Source: Candidatus Poribacteria bacterium
GTDB taxonomy: Bacteria > Poribacteria > WGA-4E > PCPOR2b
NCBI GenBank assembly: GCA_965208325.1
Contig: OZ242326.1
Span: 1,504,001-1,568,000, forward strand
Direction: 5' to 3'
DNA: 64,000 nucleotides
Part shown: one piece after another, positions 48,932 through 57,252 of the stretch
Layout: each line of letters opens with the position of its first letter
Position numbering within the stretch: the first letter of the stretch is position 1
Position numbers and translations under genes: made by a program
Notes under the pieces: model-generated
What the model saw: the letters and a program-made list of their open reading frames with translations, nothing else
The model's database searches: none
Told to the model about the DNA's origin: nothing

Positions 48932-49158
48932 CTAAGGAATAGACGGAATGCCATCCCGTCGTACGAATCAATCTGGTGCTCTCTCTTCCGTCGATTGGAA
49001 AAAGAACTGATGAAAAGGAACTGATAATGGCTGGTTACCACGTTTGGGGTTAAGTTTGTCCTACATTCTTACGCCTAATGCCTAAGTTCCGAAGGCATTA
49101 ATCTAATCACAAAGGAGACTACTGGATAACCGCTTATACGGTTATTGGGAGGTTTAGG

Positions 49159-50151
49159 ATGTATTACAGATGGAAACTTGCGCTTCTCATGCTAAGTGGC
49201 GTCGTCCTGTTGAATGGCGTTCTGTTCTTAATGAGCGTTCGGGCGCAAGCCCCCGAAAACGGGACTATCGCTTTCGCTACGCCTCGTCCTCCCGCAGGCA
49301 ATCTCTGGTTAATGGATGCCGATGGTGAAAATCCGCGCGCAGTGCCAAACGTTAAGGGAAGCGTCTCGGGTATGACATGGTCCCCGGATGGTCGAAAGAT
49401 CGCCTACTATAGCGGTGTAGAGCCGAACAACGATGAGATCTTTGTGATCGATGCCGATGGCGAGAATCTCACCAGGTTGACGGAGCATCCTAAGAACGAC
49501 AGATGGCCAACGTGGCATCCTAACGGTCAAAAGATTGCATTCGCATCCAAAAGGGATGGGAACTTGGAAATTTACGTAATGAACGCTAATGGTGAGGCAA
49601 AGCAGAACATAACCAACCACCCGGACGCAGACTTCGACCCGTCATGGTCGCCGGACGGTCGAAAGATTGCCTTTTACACCTCCCGGGACGGTAATGCGGA
49701 AATCTATGTGATGGACGCCGACGGAATGGATGCGCAGAACCTCACCAACCATAACGCTGAAGACATCCAACCGGACTGGTCGCCAGACAGTCAAAAGATT
49801 GCCTTTGTCTCTGACCGGCGGGACGGCAATAACATCTTTGTGATAGGCGTAGATGGGAATAACCTCAAGCGGCTCACAAATGTGCCTCAACCAGACACTG
49901 AGCCTGCGTGGTCGCCAGATGGTGAAAAGATTGTCTTTACGAGCGCTCGAGGTGGAAAAGTTGACATTTGGGTGATGGACGCAAACGGAAAGGGTGAACC
50001 TGAAAAACTCACAAAGGAAGCCCACTGGAACCGTTCGGCAGATTGGTTTGACCCCGCCTTTGCACAGCGGTTTTCCGTTTCACCTGCTGACAAGCGCCCA
50101 TTGACCTGGGGTTGGCTCAAGAGGTTCGGACGTGTCCTACCTCAGAAATAA
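49159..50151 (+). CDS. Secreted TolB-like beta-propeller (PD40 repeats) protein 1
   Basis: Signal peptide, repeated P.WSPDG.KIAF...RDGN.EIYVM, tail SVSPADKRPLTWGWLK. Confidence 0.88.
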   Translation: MYYRWKLALLMLSGVVLLNGVLFLMSVRAQAPENGTIAFATPRPPAGNLWLMDADGENPRAVPNVKGSVSGMTWSPDGRKIAYYSGVEPNNDEIFVIDADGENLTRLTEHPKNDRWPTWHPNGQKIAFASKRDGNLEIYVMNANGEAKQNITNHPDADFDPSWSPDGRKIAFYTSRDGNAEIYVMDADGMDAQNLTNHNAEDIQPDWSPDSQKIAFVSDRRDGNNIFVIGVDGNNLKRLTNVPQPDTEPAWSPDGEKIVFTSARGGKVDIWVMDANGKGEPEKLTKEAHWNRSADWFDPAFAQRFSVSPADKRPLTWGWLKRFGRVLPQK

Positions 50152-50287
50152 AGCGGTTTAGTTAGGGTTACTAGGTGGTGCCAGAGGGTAGTGTACAATA
50201 GGCGGCGCTGGACTGTGACCGCTGTTGCGGCAATCCAAAGGAAGAGAATTTCTTAACATCAAATAGTAAGCTAAATAGGAGGTTATC

Positions 50288-51268
50288 ATGTATTCTAGAG
50301 TGAAGTCCGCGTTTTTCGCGTTGTGCACTGCAATCCTGTTGAGCCATGTCGGGCTTTCATTGCCTGCCTTGGCACAAGCACCCGATGAACCGACCATCGC
50401 CTTTGCCACATCGCGCGGAGGCGGTAGTCTCTGGCTAGTTGACCCGGATGGTGACAATGCGCGCGCTGTGCCGAACGCTCCCGGGGCGTCTCTTGGAATC
50501 GAGTGGTCGCCGGATGGCCGAAAGATTGCTTACTACGCTGAGGTAGATGGCAACATTGACGTGTTTGTGATAGATGCTGATGGACAGAATCTCCAAAGGA
50601 TGACGGAACACCTTAAAGCTGACAGGTGGCCCACCTGGCACCCAAACGGTCAAAGGATGGCTTTCACATCCAAACGCGACGGAAACCTTGAAATTTACGT
50701 GATGGATGCCAATGGCGAAGGAAAGCAGAATATCACCAACCACCCCGATGCAGACTACGACCCGTCATGGTCTCCCAACGGCCGCAAGATTGCTTTCTAC
50801 ACTTCCCGCGATGGAAATGCTGAAATCTACGTAATGGACACCGACGGACAGAATCCAACCAATCTGACAAACAACGATGCTGAAGACATTCAACCGGACT
50901 GGTCGCCGAATGGTAATAAGATTGTTTTCGCCTCAGATCGGGCGGGGCCTGACAACATTTTTGTGATGGACGCAGATGGGGGAAAGGTCGATCAGATTAC
51001 TGACGTACCCACACCTGATAATGAGCCTGCATGGTCGCCGGATGGGAAACAAATTGCCTTCACCGCCGCGCGGGATGGAACCATCGATGTCTGGGTGATG
51101 GATGCTGATGGGGATAATGCAGAAAGTCTGGAGGGCGGTGGCTGGAATCGTAATCCGTCGTGGTTTGACCCAGCTTTTGCAGGGGAGTTCGCCGTTTCTC
51201 CCGCAGGCAAACACCCCTCCATCTGGGGCAAGCTCAAACATCAGGAGCGAGTAACATTTTGGCGATAA
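50288..51268 (+). CDS. Secreted TolB-like beta-propeller (PD40 repeats) protein 2
   Basis: Paralogue of 49159-50151; tail AVSPAGKHPSIWGKLK. Confidence 0.88.
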   Translation: MYSRVKSAFFALCTAILLSHVGLSLPALAQAPDEPTIAFATSRGGGSLWLVDPDGDNARAVPNAPGASLGIEWSPDGRKIAYYAEVDGNIDVFVIDADGQNLQRMTEHLKADRWPTWHPNGQRMAFTSKRDGNLEIYVMDANGEGKQNITNHPDADYDPSWSPNGRKIAFYTSRDGNAEIYVMDTDGQNPTNLTNNDAEDIQPDWSPNGNKIVFASDRAGPDNIFVMDADGGKVDQITDVPTPDNEPAWSPDGKQIAFTAARDGTIDVWVMDADGDNAESLEGGGWNRNPSWFDPAFAGEFAVSPAGKHPSIWGKLKHQERVTFWR

Positions 51269-51475
51269 TGCCATTTTATGGACGGGCGTTCATAGTTAAT
51301 GTATTCACAACGGTAATCCGAGAAGTAAAGGCGGTCATCATCCCGCAAGGATTTTCAATGTGAATCAGAGCAACTCATGGCGAGGCATTCTATATTTCTT
51401 GGAAATCAATCTGTATACGCCCAATTCTCAAGAAGGCGGCGGCAAGGTCTCAGATTGTAGTGGGAGGGCAAACTC

Positions 51476-52465
51476 ATGGCAAGGGTCCATATTCCAAAAC
51501 CGTGGAACATCCCCGAGCGGGAAGTTACACCAGAAGCGGATTTTATAAACCGCCGCCGCTTCCTAACAGGCATAGCCGGTGCGGGACTTTCGATAGCTGG
51601 CGCTTCACTCCTTGGGTGTGAAAGCAACTCGGAATCAAAGACTCCGACCAAATCTGACGCCAACTTCACAAACTTTGAATCATTTGAACGGAATCCAAAT
51701 TTTGCAAAAGTCGACCGCCCGCTAACTGATGAAGCGTTGGCAGCCAAATACAATAACTTTTATGAATTCGGGGGTACGAAGTCCATTTGGAAAAAGGCTC
51801 AAGCCCTGCCGACGGAAAACTGGAAGGTGGAAGTTTCAGGCATGGTCCAGAATCCTCGAACCTACGATCTGGACGATATTGGGAAGAAGTTCCCGTTAGA
51901 AGAGCGCGTCTACCGTTTCCGCTGCGTTGAGGCGTGGGCAATGGTTGTTCCGTGGACAGGGTTCCCAATGAGATTGCTTATTGAAGACGTGCAACCTGCA
52001 TCAGCGGCGAAATTCGTGCGGTTTACCACGTATTACAATCGGAAAATTACTAAAGGCCCGTTTTGGCCGCCCGCGTCTCGGCTACCCTGGCCGTATACAG
52101 AAGGTCTCCGCATAGACGAGATGGCAAACGAACTTGCGTTCTTTGCCGTCGGCATCTACGGGCACGCACTTCCAAAACAACACGGTGCACCCATCCGCGA
52201 AGTCGTACCGTGGAAATACGGTTTCAAAGGTGCTAAATCAATTGTCAAAATTGAGTTCATCGACAAGCAGCCCGCTACGTTCTGGAATACCCTCCAACCG
52301 ACCGAATACGATTTTGAAGCCAATGTCAATCCTAATAAGCCTCACCCGCGTTGGTCGCAAGCCACAGAACGTATGATTGGCCCCGGGCGCGCTTCCTCAT
52401 GGGAGAGGCGCCCCACCCTTCTTTATAACGGTTACGCTGAATATGTCAAACATCTTTATGCCTGA
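51476..52465 (+). CDS. msrP: Periplasmic methionine sulfoxide reductase catalytic subunit
   Basis: Tat motif NRRRFL, YNNFYEF, RFRCVEAW, PWKYGFK..KSIV. Confidence 0.92.
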   Translation: MARVHIPKPWNIPEREVTPEADFINRRRFLTGIAGAGLSIAGASLLGCESNSESKTPTKSDANFTNFESFERNPNFAKVDRPLTDEALAAKYNNFYEFGGTKSIWKKAQALPTENWKVEVSGMVQNPRTYDLDDIGKKFPLEERVYRFRCVEAWAMVVPWTGFPMRLLIEDVQPASAAKFVRFTTYYNRKITKGPFWPPASRLPWPYTEGLRIDEMANELAFFAVGIYGHALPKQHGAPIREVVPWKYGFKGAKSIVKIEFIDKQPATFWNTLQPTEYDFEANVNPNKPHPRWSQATERMIGPGRASSWERRPTLLYNGYAEYVKHLYA

Positions 52466-52487
52466 TAAAGGTTGGGCAAATTCGGTG

Positions 52488-54185
52488 TTAATTTCCTCTT
52501 GATGAAACTTTTGAATCGAGATTTTCAGTCTCCACGGATTCTTCCTCCGGGAAACCCAGCCCCAAAGACGCCTCCTGGCTGTTCAAATAGTCATCAACGG
52601 CATGCCTGACAAGTTCAGATAATCCTTCGTCCTTTGATTTTGCCAAGCGATTTAATCGCGTAACCTGTGAATCCGTAATCCAAACGCGTTCTCGTTGCGC
52701 TTTCACAGATGCTGTGGATGGTGAGTTTGGAATCTCTTCGGCATTTCCCGCCTTAATGATGCGGACTGCTTCTTGCAACTGTTTATCATGTTCCAAATCA
52801 AAGATTGGGGCAAGGCCAACATTGTTATTGAAAGTCCGAAGGACATTAACCTTAACTAATGCTGGGTCAATATCAATGTCATTTTCCAAAAGTGTGTCAA
52901 TCAATCGGGGTAACTCTGCCTCAATTTTAGAAAACTCAATCGGGGTTTCGCCGTGCAGCTTTTCCTCCTCTTCAATCCATTTCTCGACAAACGCCTCAAC
53001 ATAATTTCGCGCCTTGGTGACCTTCGCGGCGTCCACAATATCCAGCGTCGGATCGACAATATAATTGGGGATGATTCCGTCTTCATTAATTGAAACACCG
53101 CTTGGAGTATAGTAGGTCGAAATTGTTAGCGAAAAAGCGCCTCCTATCTTCTCAAGGACATAGCGTTTGTTCACCACACCCTTTCCGAAAGTTTCGGTAC
53201 CGAGCAATTTACCCCGTTTGGAGTCCTTGATAGCTCCGGCAACAATTTCAGCGCCGCTGGCGCTTAATCCATTAACTAGGACAATCAGATTCACATCGGC
53301 GTCGCAAAGTACTTTAGGCCGTGCCATGTACACTTGATTGGATTCCGGAGTTCTCCCCTTTGTAGATACGATGACCCCTTCGGAAATAAAGGCATCTGCA
53401 ACGAAGTAGGCATGATCAAGGATGCCGCCGGAATTATATCTGAGATCTAGGATGAGAGATTTCAGCCCATCGCCTTCGGCTTGCTGAAGTTCTTCTAACC
53501 TTTCTTGGAATTCTTGGCTTGTTCTTCCGGTGAATTGACTGATTGCGATATATCCAATTCCATCGCCAATCATCGCTTTCTCAACGCTGGGCGGTTTGAT
53601 TACATCCCGCGTCAACGTCACATCAAATGCTTCAGGATTACCACGGCGTTGGACCGTAATTGTGACTTGTGTCCCAACTTTACCTCTCAAAATGTCCACA
53701 ACATCAAAAATCGACTGCCCGCTTGGACTAATTCTTATTTGGTCGCCATTCACCTTTGTAATAAAATCACCGGCTCGCAAGCCAGATCGCAGTGCAGGGG
53801 AATTGGGCATTGGGCGGGTAATTTTTATGAATCCTTTATCCTCAACGATTCGGATGCCGAGTCCACCAAAAGCCCCATGGTAGAGATTTTCAGCCTCACG
53901 TTTCAGACTTCTTGGCGAAAGATAGAAAGCGTACGGATCTTCTAGGGCACCTAGTGCGCCTTTGATCGCTCCTTCATACATATCTTCCCGATTTACTTCC
54001 TTGTAATAATTCCTCTCCGATTCCTTAATGACGGTGTTTAAAGCGTCAAGCATGGTGTATGTGTTCCGCTTCCCATCCCGGTCACTGAAGGCACGTTTTC
54101 CTCCTACCGGTATGAAGAGGAGCGAAGTAATGGCTGCAACAATCACCGCGATGATGATTATCGCGTGTTTTTTGGAATGAAACAT
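52488..54185 (-). CDS. S41A carboxy-terminal processing protease (PDZ) with C-terminal RHH-like domain
   Basis: N-terminal TM, GGLGI PDZ, LDLRYNSGG, SASGAE, TFGKG, YYTPSG. Confidence 0.9.
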   Translation of the reverse strand: MFHSKKHAIIIIAVIVAAITSLLFIPVGGKRAFSDRDGKRNTYTMLDALNTVIKESERNYYKEVNREDMYEGAIKGALGALEDPYAFYLSPRSLKREAENLYHGAFGGLGIRIVEDKGFIKITRPMPNSPALRSGLRAGDFITKVNGDQIRISPSGQSIFDVVDILRGKVGTQVTITVQRRGNPEAFDVTLTRDVIKPPSVEKAMIGDGIGYIAISQFTGRTSQEFQERLEELQQAEGDGLKSLILDLRYNSGGILDHAYFVADAFISEGVIVSTKGRTPESNQVYMARPKVLCDADVNLIVLVNGLSASGAEIVAGAIKDSKRGKLLGTETFGKGVVNKRYVLEKIGGAFSLTISTYYTPSGVSINEDGIIPNYIVDPTLDIVDAAKVTKARNYVEAFVEKWIEEEEKLHGETPIEFSKIEAELPRLIDTLLENDIDIDPALVKVNVLRTFNNNVGLAPIFDLEHDKQLQEAVRIIKAGNAEEIPNSPSTASVKAQRERVWITDSQVTRLNRLAKSKDEGLSELVRHAVDDYLNSQEASLGLGFPEEESVETENLDSKVSSRGN

Positions 54186-54232
54186 AACAACTCCCTAGGT
54201 TTACGATTTGCCTGTTTCGTACAATTGTGGTA

Positions 54233-54261
54233 ATTATAGCACACCGTGTGTTGCACCGCAA
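54233..54261 (-). promoter_or_regulatory. Sigma70 promoter of the S41 protease gene
   Basis: Minus strand TTGCGG-N17-TATAAT with extended -10 TG. Confidence 0.55.
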
Positions 54262-54431
54262 CGATGAAAGTGAAATCACATCAAGTGGTCAATGGGAACA
54301 GCGATCACACGAAAGGCTGAACTTCATGCCATTTTCAGCCTATTTTACTTTTCACCCCAAAGTCCCCGTCAAGGTTTCATACTGTTTTACTACCTTCTCA
54401 CTCTTTTCATAAATTGGTGTTTCACATGCTT

Positions 54432-55352
54432 CTATCGTTCCGGCTGAGTTTTCCACCGATTATGAACCCATAACCACTGGGATGGGAACTGGCGTACATA
54501 ATCCTCAAGAATTTTCAGAAGGCGGGCTGTATTGATCTGAACATCTTGTTCAAAATCTCCCGAGATTTCAAGTTCAACCGGCGGAGAGATAAACACGCGA
54601 TGCCGATTATCGCACTGCCGCACATCAATTGAGAATAGAATCGGCGCCCCTGTCTTGAGAGCGAGCGCAGCCGGCCCCCGAACCGCTGAGGCGTGTTCGC
54701 CAAAGAACTCAACAAATACCCCGTCTCTCCCAGCATCTTGATCCGCGAAAAAACCCACTGCAAATTTGTCCCGAAGCGCACGGAGTGTTTCCCTCACAGC
54801 TTGATGCCGAGGTATGAGTTTTAAGCCCAAGTGCTGCCGGTATTTCCAGATAAGTGCATTGAGGAATTTGTTTTTGATTGGCAGCGCAATTGCCATTGCA
54901 CGGTTTGGAAGCAGTACACCGTAAACTAGGGCGAGAAGTTCCCAATTCCCGAAATGCGGCAGAAACACGATGGCGCCTTTTCCGAGATCTAGCGCATTTA
55001 TGAGGTTCTCTTTACCGTCAACAGTGACCTGCGCCCAGATATTATCGAAGGTCATATTTGGAAACTGGAGAAATTCAACAGCCGTCTTACCGAGATTGCG
55101 AAAGTTTTCCCTGCAAATTTTCTTCCGTTCTCTGCCCGATTTCTCAGTTCCAAACACTATCTGCAAATTTTCCAGCGCGATATTGCGGCGTCTCTTGGAG
55201 GTGAAGTAGAGCACGTCCCCAATGCCGCTGCCTAAGCGCATCGCCAACTGCTTTGGGAGACGGCGGGCTATCGCAGCTAAAACCCAAACGCAAGAATAGA
55301 TTAACCTTTCACCTATCAAGGACTTTGCACCAATCCGTTGAAGATGGTTCAC
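54432..55352 (-). CDS. Lipid A late acyltransferase (LpxL/HtrB family)
   Basis: HFGNWE, ADQD, FFG, PSQWLWVHNRWK. Confidence 0.9.
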   Translation of the reverse strand: MNHLQRIGAKSLIGERLIYSCVWVLAAIARRLPKQLAMRLGSGIGDVLYFTSKRRRNIALENLQIVFGTEKSGRERKKICRENFRNLGKTAVEFLQFPNMTFDNIWAQVTVDGKENLINALDLGKGAIVFLPHFGNWELLALVYGVLLPNRAMAIALPIKNKFLNALIWKYRQHLGLKLIPRHQAVRETLRALRDKFAVGFFADQDAGRDGVFVEFFGEHASAVRGPAALALKTGAPILFSIDVRQCDNRHRVFISPPVELEISGDFEQDVQINTARLLKILEDYVRQFPSQWLWVHNRWKTQPER

Positions 55353-55399
55353 AATCTCAATTGACGAACTAAATTCGAATGCGCTGAGTCCAAAGTATG

Positions 55400-55687
55400 T
55401 CAGCCTGCCAAAGCTTCAACTCGCTTTGCCAACTCAAAATCTAACTCGCTGATACCACCGGCATCGTGCGTCATAAGATCAATCGTTACGCGGTTGTAAA
55501 CGTTAAACCACTCAGGGTGGTGGTTCATTGATTCCGCGGCTAATGCAACGCGAGCCATAAATCCAAATGCTTCTACAAAAGAACTGAACTGAAACTGCTT
55601 GTGTAGTTTGCCATCTACAACAGTCCATCCTGGCAGATTATCGAGTTTTGCTTCAATTTTATCGTCGTTGAGTTTTTCGACCACCAT
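55400..55687 (-). CDS. phhB: Pterin-4-alpha-carbinolamine dehydratase
   Basis: [23 protein letters not shown] 55687 with AAGGGA RBS. Confidence 0.92.
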   Translation of the reverse strand: MVVEKLNDDKIEAKLDNLPGWTVVDGKLHKQFQFSSFVEAFGFMARVALAAESMNHHPEWFNVYNRVTIDLMTHDAGGISELDFELAKRVEALAG

Positions 55688-55979
55688 ACAATCCCTTTCA
55701 ATCGTTTGTTGAAAATATATTGTAAACTCAATTCCACTTTCGCATTTGCATGAAGCCATACCTGATTTAGTTGGCATTTTATTCAGATTAGCCCGGGAAG
55801 TCAAGTTAAATTCAATGCCTTCGCGCAAAGCAAGGCTGGTAGAACAAATTATTGCCAAGGTTCTTGTTGACAGAAGATTGCAATTGTTGTAATATATAGC
55901 CGCGCAAAATTCCACGTCACAAAGCCGCTGAAAATTTCGTGGATGCTAGTCATAGACTTAATTGCAACTGGAGGAAAGC

Positions 55980-57197
55980 ATGGCGGAACTACACAATGAT
56001 TTTCGTGATATTTTCCGGGTCGGACGTTACGGGTTTAGTGGGAAGAAAATTTCTCTGCATTTTTTAGGACTTGTGCTGGCATATCTCATCTATGAAATAC
56101 TTGTTTATCTTAGCCTCTTAATAGCGGGCGGTACTGCGGCGAAAGACTTTTGGGATAAGTATGGATTATTGCCGGCGCTCCCCATTGTCAATGGTGACTT
56201 TGAGACCATCACTGCCGCGGCAATGGGAACTGGTACGCTTGTGCTCTTCGTGTTGTTCTTTTCGATGAGCACAATGGTTTCCAAAATCACTATGCAACAA
56301 TTGCGGGGCGATCACTTTTTCTCGATGGGAGAGTCTATTGGCTTCGCCAAGAAAAATTGGAAGGTAGTTTTCGGAACGTTCATCGGATTAATCGTCATTT
56401 TTGTGTTATGCGCGGTAGCACCGATTGTTGTAGGGCTGCTTGGCAGGATTCCTGTCGTTGGTAACATTATCGTTATGCTGGCGTCAATCTTGACTCCCTT
56501 CGCCTTCATGCTTGGGTTATTGATGGCCTATTTGGTTGTTGTTTTTGGATTGAGTCTGTTTCTTGTGCCGTCAGTAGTTGCCGCCGCTAATTCCGACACC
56601 TTTGAAACGGTATATCAGCATTTCTCCATCATTTGGAATCAACCGTGGCGCATCGTCCTGTACGAAATCCTTCTGTTTGGAGTGAAAGTGATTTGCTCCG
56701 CGATTTGGGCGTTTTTCTGCTTGGCGGGATTTGTTATTGCAATGTTGCCCGTCCGTCTGCTGGTTCCAACGGATATGAAGGTGATTATGGGTCAGGCTGA
56801 CAAATGGCTTGGTGGTTTGATTGGTAAACTTGCTGGATTGCCATACATTGAGGCTGTCAAAGTATTCCATCTTGCCGAACCCGCAAATCTTCCAATTGCG
56901 CTTAAAATAGCTTCAATTTTCATGGCGATTTCACTTTTGGGCATCATGGGTCTGATTATAGCTTACTTGCTCTCAATAGCCTCCGCCGGGAATACGCTCA
57001 TTTACACCATACTTAGAAGGCGCGTAGACGGAGAAGATTTATTGGATGTGGATGAGGAGAAAGAGGAAATACCCACATCGCCGGCTACTCCGAATCAAGG
57101 CGAATCCCAACCGGAGGAGGCGCAGCCGGAAAATGACGAGATTTCAGAAGCACAGTCTGGTAGTGAAGAAAGTACGAACAATGGTGCAACCGAATAA
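55980..57197 (+). CDS. Uncharacterised polytopic membrane protein with acidic C-terminal tail
   Basis: Multiple hydrophobic segments; GGAGG RBS; upstream TTGACA-N17-TAATAT at 55867-55895. Confidence 0.7.
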   Translation: MAELHNDFRDIFRVGRYGFSGKKISLHFLGLVLAYLIYEILVYLSLLIAGGTAAKDFWDKYGLLPALPIVNGDFETITAAAMGTGTLVLFVLFFSMSTMVSKITMQQLRGDHFFSMGESIGFAKKNWKVVFGTFIGLIVIFVLCAVAPIVVGLLGRIPVVGNIIVMLASILTPFAFMLGLLMAYLVVVFGLSLFLVPSVVAAANSDTFETVYQHFSIIWNQPWRIVLYEILLFGVKVICSAIWAFFCLAGFVIAMLPVRLLVPTDMKVIMGQADKWLGGLIGKLAGLPYIEAVKVFHLAEPANLPIALKIASIFMAISLLGIMGLIIAYLLSIASAGNTLIYTILRRRVDGEDLLDVDEEKEEIPTSPATPNQGESQPEEAQPENDEISEAQSGSEESTNNGATE

Positions 57198-57252
57198 AAA
57201 TATGATTCGTAATGGTTTCATAACGGATGTTATACAAAGGTGATGACGGTTT

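Noticed and set aside
50170..50245. tRNA-His-like string (CTGGA-CTGTGAC)
   Set aside because: The anticodon stem does not pair, and there is no T-loop or acceptor stem.
49159..51268. Regularly spaced DNA repeats resembling an array, or a true tol-pal locus
   Set aside because: The repeats are coding PD40 propeller blades. There is no TolB N-terminal domain and no tolQRA or pal neighbours.
51270..51475. Moco riboswitch upstream of msrP
   Set aside because: No recognisable Moco RNA motif elements. Only a weak partial duplication of the start region (AACTCATGGC) is seen.
55688..55915. N-terminal extension of PhhB in the ORF track
   Set aside because: The RBS and family length support ATG 55687, and the extension overlaps the divergent promoter region.
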